Shown one piece after another: positions 27,324 to 35,628 of a DNA stretch of 64,000 bases. The stretch is from Candidatus Thorarchaeota archaeon (GTDB lineage Archaea > Asgardarchaeota > Thorarchaeia > Thorarchaeales > Thorarchaeaceae), in contig SDNP01000014.1 in assembly GCA_004524445.1 (NCBI GenBank), positions 1 through 64,000 on the forward strand, written 5' to 3'. The translations under genes and the position numbers were made by a program. Below the pieces are notes generated by a model that worked only from the letters and a program-made list of their open reading frames with translations, was not told the origin of the DNA and made no database searches. Position 1 is the stretch's first letter. Each line of letters opens with the position of its first letter.

Positions 27324-27533
27324 CAGAATTCCTGCTAACCGGATGGATATTGCTGCAATCTAAATGAGGGTGCTAGAGTTCGTTCAGAAACCAGATGAGG
27401 GGCAAGTTAGTAAGAATTGCAGGATGGCTATTCATGAGATATACAATTCCCTATTACGGAGAAGAATACGACTACACCTAGAATCTCCAAAGCCTCATAT
27501 GGATTGAGGGACCATACTCTGGTTTTCATAAGT

Positions 27534-27813
27534 TTAGCCGCGAGAGCCATTCGCCTTGAGTCCACATCTCTTTGCTTCGTCACGAACATGTACGACACGA
27601 GTTTCGTCCGTGTCTATTCCGATGGCCTCATCTGTGGGACCTATTCTACGCACTGCGGCAAGAAGTGTAGAGCCACCTCCTGATCCAATGTCAAGGACTC
27701 TTGAGCAGGCAGTTATGCCCATTAGAGAAACAAGTCTATTGGCAAGGAGGTCCCAGATTCTACTCCAAGTATGGAAATTGCTTCTTGAATTAGTTATCTT
27801 TTCGCCTGCCCAT
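27534..27813 (-). pseudogene. Truncated, frameshifted class I methyltransferase
   Basis: RVLDIGSGGG..IGP...AIGID motif I; ATG at 27813 is one base out of frame; homology ends after ~90 codons. Confidence 0.7.
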
Positions 27814-27814
27814 T

Positions 27815-29224
27815 CTAGACAACATCCTCTGTTATCTCATCCTCAGCGCGTACAATTTCTATCTTACTTTCTTTGCCCAGTTCGTTTTCCAACTCCTCTA
27901 CGCTGACTCGAGGTTCTATATCCATCCTTACTAGGACGATTAAAATCCCAATGTTTATGATGAGGGTGATGAGAAGGAGAGGTAGTCCCTGCCAATTAGT
28001 GTAAATCCACCCAGCAGGTATTGGGCCCAGAGATACAAAGGCCATAACGAGGACATTTGTCAGGCTGAAGAGTTTCCCGAGATCCTGCCGAGGCAGTGAT
28101 TTCTGAATATAGGTACCAAGAACCGACCACCAGAGTGTATCATTTATTGATTTCATGGCGGTTGCCAAGAATGCTAACGTAAACAATACGCCGAGTCCAG
28201 GATAAATCGAATCAAGGAAATATCGCCAATCAGGAGGAGTGTAATAAGGAAAGAATCGCGCAATGATGAGAAGGCTGATAGAAACAGGCATGACGGAATA
28301 GACAGCGATGGTAAGTTTCCTCCCTCCGTGCTTATCGAAGAAGCGACCGAGATAGAGTGTTAGAGGGACTGAGATTATGAGCGTGATGAGGAACATGAGA
28401 TTGATGTCGCCAAGCCCATACTGCAGAGTTTCATTGAGATAGTACGTATTGGCAAACTGGTAGAAGCTATCGCTCAACGCATCGATGCAAATCAGCCCCA
28501 CAAACACAGGGAATACCCGAATGAGAAGCTTGAGTCCTCTGATGTTTTCTTTCAAAAAGTGACGTATGATACCTTCGTCAGAATGCTCCCGCCTTGGTTG
28601 AGGAATGGATTCGAGGGCAAATGCCCGAATACCTGCGGCAATGAAGTAAAGAATGGCGGCTAGGAGAAGCAAGAGACGCATTACATAGACAAATCCCAGG
28701 CCTGCACCAAGAAGGATGCTGATCATATACAAGGGGAGTAGGCCTAGTGATGTGCCCAGTTGAAAGAGGCTCTGTGCCACTCCACCGAATCTTCGATCCA
28801 CTTGCTGCATCTGATATGCAATGCCCGCTGTACCGGTGAATGATGCAAGCCCCATAATCAAAAGCCCTATAGCAACAAGTGCGATACCATCGGCAAATAC
28901 CAGGGTGAAGTAGCCTAGTGCACTAGCAACCATTGTGAAGACGGAAAGCTTTCTTCTATCATAGTTGTCTGTCAGATACCCGGACACGAAGTTTCCTAGC
29001 AGCCTCACAGCAAGCATGGCTGAAAATAGAACCCCAATCGCAATATACGAGATTCCAATATCTCTAAAGAAGAGATTGAAGTACTGATACAGGACATTTA
29101 GTGCACTGTATATCCAGACGGTTAGGAGGTACAGAGTCCAGTTTTTGTTTCTTGTGACCATCCAAACAGACTGAAACCAGCTGAGTTCTGATGCATGGGT
29201 ATCTTGGGTCATCTCTTGAGGCAC
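27815..29224 (-). CDS. MFS transporter
   Basis: GYLTDNYDRRK and GRFFDKHGGRK loop motifs; ~12 TMs. Confidence 0.92.
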   Translation of the reverse strand: MPQEMTQDTHASELSWFQSVWMVTRNKNWTLYLLTVWIYSALNVLYQYFNLFFRDIGISYIAIGVLFSAMLAVRLLGNFVSGYLTDNYDRRKLSVFTMVASALGYFTLVFADGIALVAIGLLIMGLASFTGTAGIAYQMQQVDRRFGGVAQSLFQLGTSLGLLPLYMISILLGAGLGFVYVMRLLLLLAAILYFIAAGIRAFALESIPQPRREHSDEGIIRHFLKENIRGLKLLIRVFPVFVGLICIDALSDSFYQFANTYYLNETLQYGLGDINLMFLITLIISVPLTLYLGRFFDKHGGRKLTIAVYSVMPVSISLLIIARFFPYYTPPDWRYFLDSIYPGLGVLFTLAFLATAMKSINDTLWWSVLGTYIQKSLPRQDLGKLFSLTNVLVMAFVSLGPIPAGWIYTNWQGLPLLLITLIINIGILIVLVRMDIEPRVSVEELENELGKESKIEIVRAEDEITEDVV

Positions 29225-29352
29225 ATCTACACACTCGTGGCTAATACTTCAACATTCTATGAATTTGGGTAGAATTGGTTCACCAATTGAATCATATAAC
29301 TGCAATTAAATGCGCCAATGTTTGTTTATAGAAAAGGTTGAGCGCGCGCAAG

Positions 29353-29808
29353 TCAGAATTCTCTGCGTTCAGCTCGCATATGGTGCCCACAATAAGGGCA
29401 TTCGAAAGTCAATGGACCGACCCAATTCAATTGCTCGTAACTGAGTTCTGAATCACAGTGTCGACATTTCTCCGGGATGTCAATTGTGGGGACAGGTCTG
29501 TAGCCCGATGTTCGAGTAGATGTATACTCATCAAAAGATGAATCGGCGACTGAAGTGATCCGAATATCTTCGGGTGTGGATCCATCATCCTTTACATACC
29601 CCCAGATTGAGCCAAAGATGCAGACTATACCGAGTGCGCCAAAGGCGAACGGAATCCAACTGAAAAGATAGGGACTAGGTCCAAAGTCAGTGGGCCATGT
29701 GGCCGCGAAATCAAGCATGAACATTCCCATTGTAAATGCCATTCCCGTCCAGATAAGACCAAAAATCACGGTTGCGATAGTTCCACCTTTACTTCCCTTT
29801 TGTGGCAT
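29353..29808 (-). CDS. Two-TM protein with C-terminal Zn ribbon
   Basis: Two hydrophobic segments; CRHC..VGP..ECPYCG. Confidence 0.8.
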   Translation of the reverse strand: MPQKGSKGGTIATVIFGLIWTGMAFTMGMFMLDFAATWPTDFGPSPYLFSWIPFAFGALGIVCIFGSIWGYVKDDGSTPEDIRITSVADSSFDEYTSTRTSGYRPVPTIDIPEKCRHCDSELSYEQLNWVGPLTFECPYCGHHMRAERREF

Positions 29809-29916
29809 GGCACAAACTCCTCAGGTTTCCTGAGTCGAGAAATGGTTTTATGACTTATAGGTGATTCCCTCTAATTTGGCGCTTGTTCGATTGAGCCGTA
29901 ATACAGAGCACCATGG

Positions 29917-30276
29917 TTGATTTGGGCGCCATATGTTTCGAACATCGAGTCAACCATTTTCGGATTATTCACTGAAGACAACCTTGTGGAGATTGACAGG
30001 ATAGCGAGAAGAATCAGAAAACAAGATTTCATTAGAGGCGTAAAGGTCATGATAGCTACACATCACAAGTATTTCACGTCAAAGAGGATTCTCTGGTTAG
30101 TTGACAGAATTCGCGAAACGGGTTATGATGTTCCAGACAGATGGAAATCATTGGGAAATAAGCCAGCTGTAAGAATCAATGAGCGTCGTTCTTTTGCTCC
30201 AAGATTTTGTTTGAGAGAGTCCTGTATGGAAAAAATGTCCAGAGGCAGGAATCCTAGGATACTCATGAGCCACTGA
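29917..30276 (+). pseudogene. Possible C-terminal fragment of an Lrp/AsnC-like regulator
   Basis: Ferredoxin-like RAM pattern (..EIDRIARRIRKQDFIRGVKVMI); no HTH and no convincing start. Confidence 0.35.
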
Positions 30277-31984
30277 AGTCAATCGATTCTCTTAACCAAT
30301 CAGGAATTTCAAACTCCATAACATTCTCTAATTCTATAATGTTTGAGAGAGGCGAATTTATTTTGATTCTTGCTGCGCGTTTCGAGCCCATACCAGGGAT
30401 TGATTCTAACTGTGACAGGGACGCGTTATTGATTTGAAACGGATGTGGTACAACACTCACAGAGCGAGGGCCATGGTCAACCACCATGACGTCTATACGA
30501 TCCAGAGGCTTGATTCCATTGCTCATGTGACAGAGAAGAGGATATGTTCCAAGTGGCCTGTAGAGTAAGGATTTGCCTTGATATTTATCTAGGTAAACTG
30601 ACTCTATCACCGTACCGCGGGGAGCCACCTTTTCGAGTATCTTAATATCAACAAGGTTTCGAACCTGTTTCTTATGTCTGAAGAATTGATTTCTCTTGAC
30701 TCTTCCTTTGGTTGCATCACTAGCTCTAGTATCCTCAAAACCAATCATTTGCCTGATGTTTATTCTTCGGACAAGAAGATTCTCTTCAAGAATATCTAGG
30801 AGAAATTCTAAGTTGTGTTCTAGAGTTTGTGCACTTTCACCAGGCAGACCGTAAACTAGATTGATGCCAGGAAGCAAATGGGGTAGTGAACGACCCTCCC
30901 TCTTGGAGCCCACTTCATTAAGTAGCCTTATTGCATCAAGAACCTGGTCTGGTGTTGCTTTGAGATTATTCTTCCTGATAACAACAGGATCAAGCGACTC
31001 GACACCAAAGGCAGCCACATCTCCAACCGTATGATACTTCATTATCTCCTTGGCGACTAATCTGCTCTCGGTGGGGTGCCGAGCTAGTGTTCCTGGATTC
31101 ACGTTATCGATATGAAGAGTTTCAATCTCCGGGGCAACCTCACGAATCTTGGAGAACAAGACAGCCACCGCCGATGGGTTGGGAGTGGGAAATTCCTCTT
31201 CGCCCATTTCAGGAGATCCATAAACAAATAGGTCAGCTTGCTTCCCGATACGGAAAGCTCTTACTCCTTGAGCATATAGAGCCTCAATTTCTCTCACAAT
31301 CTGCTCAGCCGGCCTTTGATTCGGTTCACCGTATAATGGTTCTGTACAGAAACTACACCCACCTGTGAGATAGCGGGGACATCCTCGATACGTTTCGATT
31401 TCACATATTATATGACCACGCTCAAATCCGGGTGCCTGTTTCACGACCTGCGCCCCTCTCAATATCAACTCCCCAGTATTAGCGATGGCGTCTTTCATTG
31501 TGAAGTCCGTGTCCGAAAACCTCCATCCAGAACGTGCAAGGGTGGCAATAACAAGCCCTGTATCGCCTTTCACGAGATAGTCAAAAGGAGGTGATAATTC
31601 CGCAGGACTGACTGCAACGCGCCCTCCTTCGATACCACACCCATATTTTGCCCAAGGTCCAGCCAGCAACTTAGGTATGCCTGCCAGCACTTGGTGAGAG
31701 AAAAGTTCCTTCGTTTCTCGAACAGAGATTGGAGTACCGCCAATATACTTGCCCGGTACCACCATGCCTGCAACCAGAATCAGCATATCTGAGTTAGACC
31801 ACAGTTCTATTGCATCTGCAAAGCTCTCTCGTACAGCGTCAATAGTCTGGTAGATTATATTGGTCTTCGGCGAGTGCTGCCAGATGGCTCCTGCAATGTA
31901 TCGTGGGTAGGTACTGAGATAGGGGGGTACCCCCAGACATGTTGGTTCATCCACATATCCATCCACGATTACAACTCTTTGCAG
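30263..31984 (-). CDS. Radical SAM protein with C-terminal helix-hairpin-helix (COG1031-like)
   Basis: DGYVDEP..LGVPPY, ETYRGCPR...GGCSFCTEP, INNAS..L.SIPGMG; N-terminus extends in frame to CTG 31984. Confidence 0.88.
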   Translation of the reverse strand: MQRVVIVDGYVDEPTCLGVPPYLSTYPRYIAGAIWQHSPKTNIIYQTIDAVRESFADAIELWSNSDMLILVAGMVVPGKYIGGTPISVRETKELFSHQVLAGIPKLLAGPWAKYGCGIEGGRVAVSPAELSPPFDYLVKGDTGLVIATLARSGWRFSDTDFTMKDAIANTGELILRGAQVVKQAPGFERGHIICEIETYRGCPRYLTGGCSFCTEPLYGEPNQRPAEQIVREIEALYAQGVRAFRIGKQADLFVYGSPEMGEEEFPTPNPSAVAVLFSKIREVAPEIETLHIDNVNPGTLARHPTESRLVAKEIMKYHTVGDVAAFGVESLDPVVIRKNNLKATPDQVLDAIRLLNEVGSKREGRSLPHLLPGINLVYGLPGESAQTLEHNLEFLLDILEENLLVRRINIRQMIGFEDTRASDATKGRVKRNQFFRHKKQVRNLVDIKILEKVAPRGTVIESVYLDKYQGKSLLYRPLGTYPLLCHMSNGIKPLDRIDVMVVDHGPRSVSVVPHPFQINNASLSQLESIPGMGSKRAARIKINSPLSNIIELENVMEFEIPDWLRESIDFSGS

Positions 31985-32977
31985 CTAAGTCCACTCCCTA
32001 AAGGTATCGTAACCCAAAAATCCAATCTCGTGGCTTCTGTCGCCATCGTTCCATTCCACAGGACCTTCAGGGGTTATTTTCCCGATAGCATGTAATGGTA
32101 TGTTCAGTTTTCTAGCGTTGGTTCTAGCAGTCTCCCATTTGCCGGATGGAACCGTTAGAACTACGATAAACTCCTCACCACCGCCCATTATCAGCTCAAT
32201 TATATCTAGGTCGTTTTCCTCGGCAACTTCCGTTATGCCAGAGGCAATTGGCAGGTTGTCTATCACAATGCCCTTCCCGTTGAGTTCTGCCATTGTGTTC
32301 AGTGTTATCCCAAGACCATCACTACTATCCATAGCTGATGTGACCGCCCCTTTCTCAGCAAGCGCTTTGACTATTCCAAATGGAATCGATGGTTTGTATA
32401 CTGCTTGAAGTGCTCTTCTTTGAAGGGCATCGGGAACATCGAGCCCTTCAAGTAGAATCTTGAAGCCTATTGATGTCAAGCCGAACTTGCCGGTCACAGC
32501 GACTATGTTGCCTGTAGTCGCTCCCCGACGTGTAATAATATCATCTGGGCTTGCAAAACCAAAAGCGACACCCGTTAGAATGACACTATTGGTTGCTCCC
32601 AAATCACCTCCCAAGAATGGGATTTTGTGCTTTAGACCGTATTGAGAGAACCCACGAATAATTTCTGAAGCGTCCTCTGTCTGATAGTCTTCAGGAACAC
32701 ACATGGATAGCAGTGTTGACTGTGGTTGGACACCCTTCGCAACTAAATCGCTTAAGGTCATTACTGCTGTCTTCCGACCCACTTGAGCTGGAGTCATATT
32801 AGGAAGCCAATCGGTATCACCGACGAAGGTGTCCACATTCAGAACCAGATTCTTTCCTTCATGTATAGGAAAGTCTGAGGCATCATCATCAAATCCCAGT
32901 TTCGTTCCAGGGACCTGATTTATCATATGACTGATACTCTTGAGAAAAGGACGTTCTCCAAGCTCTTTAGTCTTCAT
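31985..32977 (-). CDS. thiL: Thiamine-monophosphate kinase
   Basis: LGE, DDAS, LSDLVAKG, GGD, AMDSSDGL, GGEEF. Confidence 0.93.
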   Translation of the reverse strand: MKTKELGERPFLKSISHMINQVPGTKLGFDDDASDFPIHEGKNLVLNVDTFVGDTDWLPNMTPAQVGRKTAVMTLSDLVAKGVQPQSTLLSMCVPEDYQTEDASEIIRGFSQYGLKHKIPFLGGDLGATNSVILTGVAFGFASPDDIITRRGATTGNIVAVTGKFGLTSIGFKILLEGLDVPDALQRRALQAVYKPSIPFGIVKALAEKGAVTSAMDSSDGLGITLNTMAELNGKGIVIDNLPIASGITEVAEENDLDIIELIMGGGEEFIVVLTVPSGKWETARTNARKLNIPLHAIGKITPEGPVEWNDGDRSHEIGFLGYDTFREWT

Positions 32978-33092
32978 TCTACGGCCTCTCTACTTGTTGA
33001 ATTTCCAACTCTGTTAAGTGTTTATTCAAACACGAAATACTAACCGCACGTATATGTTTATTAGAGAAATCTGAGGCATCAGCCCTAGTTTT

Positions 33093-33198
33093 GCCTCGGT
33101 GGCTAAGTGGCTAAGGCGTCTGCCTCGTAAGCAGAAAAACACGGGTTGCTTGCCAGCCCATGGTCGAATCGCGGGTTCAAATCCCGCCCGGGGCTCCA
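33093..33198 (+). tRNA. tRNA-Thr(CGT) with ~30-nt insert in the variable loop, encoded CCA
   Basis: Acceptor GCCTCGG/CCGGGGC, anticodon arm TCTGC-CTCGTAA-GCAGA, 35-nt variable region, T-arm GCGGG-TTCAAAT-CCCGC. Confidence 0.88.
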
Positions 33199-33299
33199 TT
33201 CTCAATTACAATCCGTTGATTGACTGTATTTTATTGTGCAGATTCCCAAGAGATTATATGAGTACTTTGGTAAATGGAATATCCGAGAGGTGAGAGTTA

Positions 33300-33386
33300 A
33301 TGAGTGAAAAACAGTCTAAGAAAGAAAAAGAGCAGAGAAAACGAAAACTGCCACCATTTGAATGGTTCGTCGCCGCAACAAGATAA
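33300..33386 (+). CDS. 28-aa basic micro-protein
   Basis: MSEKQSKKEKEQRKRKLPPFEWFVAATR; GAGGTGA RBS 6 nt upstream; hairpins downstream. Confidence 0.55.
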   Translation: MSEKQSKKEKEQRKRKLPPFEWFVAATR

Positions 33387-33557
33387 CAGTTCTGTGGCAA
33401 TGACAGCCATCTTGTGGCAGACGGGTGTATTCCCGACTCTGCTTCTATAGTATAATGCTTGTTTAAAATTCGTGCTACTTTTGATTATCACTGCTGTCCC
33501 GAAAAGGTAAAAAGAGTCACTTGTTCCGCTACCCCTGCGACCCAATAGCTTGCAAAT

Positions 33558-33677
33558 GCGGAGGTTGCCAAGCCAGGCCAAAGGCGCTAGGTTGAGGGCC
33601 TAGTCCTGTAGGGGTTCGCGAGACTCCGAGGACGTCACAGACTCGGGGCGTGAATTCAAATCTCGCCCTCCGCACCA
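33558..33677 (+). tRNA. tRNA-Leu(GAG) with 32-nt non-canonical intron at 53/54 (33623-33654), encoded CCA
   Basis: Acceptor GCGGAGG/CCTCCGC, anticodon arm CTAGG-TTGAGGG-CCTAG, long V-arm; removing the insert restores GCGAG-TTCAAAT-CTCGC. Confidence 0.9.
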
Positions 33678-33768
33678 TCTCTTGTTATATTATTGCTTTA
33701 CTGGTACAACGCTTACCTGGACATAATAGATTATTATGTAGTATGTCAGAGATTGATTGTATTAGTTA

Positions 33769-34281
33769 ATGGATGCGATAACCCTGCGAGTGTTTGCCGT
33801 TTCCGGATTTTCTGGCACTGGGAAGACATCGTTGATTGAGGACCTGATTAAGGAGCTTAAGTCGCGAGGTTACTCAGTTTCGGTGGTAAAAAGTTCGAGA
33901 GAGGACATTGAACCTCCAAAGGGTACAGATACATATCGACACCTCACAGCATCAGCGAGTCCCGTTGTCCTTCTCGGACCAAATACCACAACTATCAGAT
34001 ATCAGCACAGATTGAATTCAGGGGCGATATTCTCGCAAGTTGATGCAGACATAGTTTTGCTAGAAGGCTTCAAATCAGCTCTTATTCCGCGCGTGTTCTG
34101 CGTGGGCAAACGCGGCCTCAATGAAGACACTATCCCAGAACAAACACATGCCATAGTAACTTGGAATAGGACAGATATGAAAAAACATAGTGAAATTCCA
34201 ATCCTCTATACAAGAGAGACTGACAGGATCGCGGATTTAATCCTACAGAATGCGGTCCAACCGAATCAAGTAGATTTCTAA
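33769..34281 (+). CDS. mobB: Molybdopterin-guanine dinucleotide biosynthesis protein B
   Basis: SGFSGTGKTSLIE, GTDTYRH, DIVLLEGFK. Confidence 0.9.
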   Translation: MDAITLRVFAVSGFSGTGKTSLIEDLIKELKSRGYSVSVVKSSREDIEPPKGTDTYRHLTASASPVVLLGPNTTTIRYQHRLNSGAIFSQVDADIVLLEGFKSALIPRVFCVGKRGLNEDTIPEQTHAIVTWNRTDMKKHSEIPILYTRETDRIADLILQNAVQPNQVDF

Positions 34282-34307
34282 TGTGTTCTGGGAAATACTA
34301 AGGGTGG

Positions 34308-34445
34308 GTCGAATTGGGAGATAGGTTGACTAGAAGGTGGACCCGCCCAAAGACGGGAGGGAGGCAGGTTTAAGGCAAGAGGGGCGGGTCCGTTTTGTGG
34401 AAGCCTTGTGGGAGGCGTGAGTCAGGACATTGGCATCCACGGTTG
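34308..34445. ncRNA. Putative three-hairpin small RNA (strand uncertain, minus favoured)
   Basis: GGACCCGCCC/GGGCGGGTCC, GTGGAAGCC/GGCATCCAC and GTCGA/TTGAC stems, each enclosing GGGAG(G). Confidence 0.5.
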
Positions 34446-34635
34446 TTTTTGTTCAATCATTATTTGGTACTGACCGTCCCATTTAAGAAGCACATACAAA
34501 GAGTTGCTGTTTTCACTGATACTTTTCAGGCAAATTACCATCCGTGTTGGTTGAATATATATCCGAAATAGAAGAATAACAAGATATTAAGGCAATATGT
34601 AGGGCCTTGAAATCACAAGAGCAGGATGATTTGTT

Positions 34636-35628
34636 ATGTTAACCGCCAAAATCGGAATAATTGGGATTGGCAACATGGGCCGGATTCATGCGCGAATACT
34701 GAGTAGTCTTGATTCTCTTGCAGGTGTAACGGATATAGACTTTGAAAATGCAAAGACAGTCGCAGAGAATTACGATGTGATGGCATACGAGGATTATAAT
34801 CACATGCTTGATGAGCTAGCGCTTGACGGGGTGATAGTTTCCACCCCTACTTCAACTCATGCAGACATAGCTACTGAAGTTGTGAACAATCATAACCTGA
34901 AGGGGATAATGATTGAGAAACCCTTGGCTAGTACTCTTATCGAAGGAGAGCAATTAATGAAATCCATCAGGAAGAAGGGGATGGGAGGAGTTGTTTGCCA
35001 TTCTGAAATATACAATCCAGTTGTTGATCGTGCCTTGGCAATGATTGGAGAAGGCGCCATTGGAGAAACCAAAGTGGCAATTCACGATCGTCGAGGATTT
35101 GTGCACCCGTCAAGGATTCCATCGCTAGGCGACGTATTCGAGGACTTGGGAGTACATGATTTCGATATTATGGCAAGGATGAACACGGGTCCTGCAAAAG
35201 TCTATGCACAAGGCAATCTAAGCGAGGGGGTATACAATTCAGGAACGGTCCTAGTGAAATTCAAGGATGGCGTACAGCATTCATTTCATCTCTCTAGAGA
35301 ATACGCGGGCAGAAGCCGATCTATGGATGTTTCTGGAACGAAGGGAGCATTGGTGTTAGATTTATTGGGCCAAATAATCAAGGTGAAGGACTTGGATCAA
35401 GAACCTTCGGCAGGCGATAGAACAATAAGATTGCCAGAGCGCGGTGCCACCATCAAGGTGTATGGAGAGCCAATTCTTGAAGCAATCAAAGATTTCATTC
35501 GTGTCATAAAGACAGGTTCGGAACCGATTGTAGGTTTAGAAGATGGGATTAATGCCCTTAGAGTAGTTGAGGCGGCACGAGAAAGTGCTAAGACTGGCGA
35601 TGTGATTGACCTCAAGATACACGGCTAG
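34636..35628 (+). CDS. Gfo/Idh/MocA-family oxidoreductase
   Basis: GIGNMG, STPTSTH, IEKP, DLGVHDFD. Confidence 0.92.
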   Translation: MLTAKIGIIGIGNMGRIHARILSSLDSLAGVTDIDFENAKTVAENYDVMAYEDYNHMLDELALDGVIVSTPTSTHADIATEVVNNHNLKGIMIEKPLASTLIEGEQLMKSIRKKGMGGVVCHSEIYNPVVDRALAMIGEGAIGETKVAIHDRRGFVHPSRIPSLGDVFEDLGVHDFDIMARMNTGPAKVYAQGNLSEGVYNSGTVLVKFKDGVQHSFHLSREYAGRSRSMDVSGTKGALVLDLLGQIIKVKDLDQEPSAGDRTIRLPERGATIKVYGEPILEAIKDFIRVIKTGSEPIVGLEDGINALRVVEAARESAKTGDVIDLKIHG

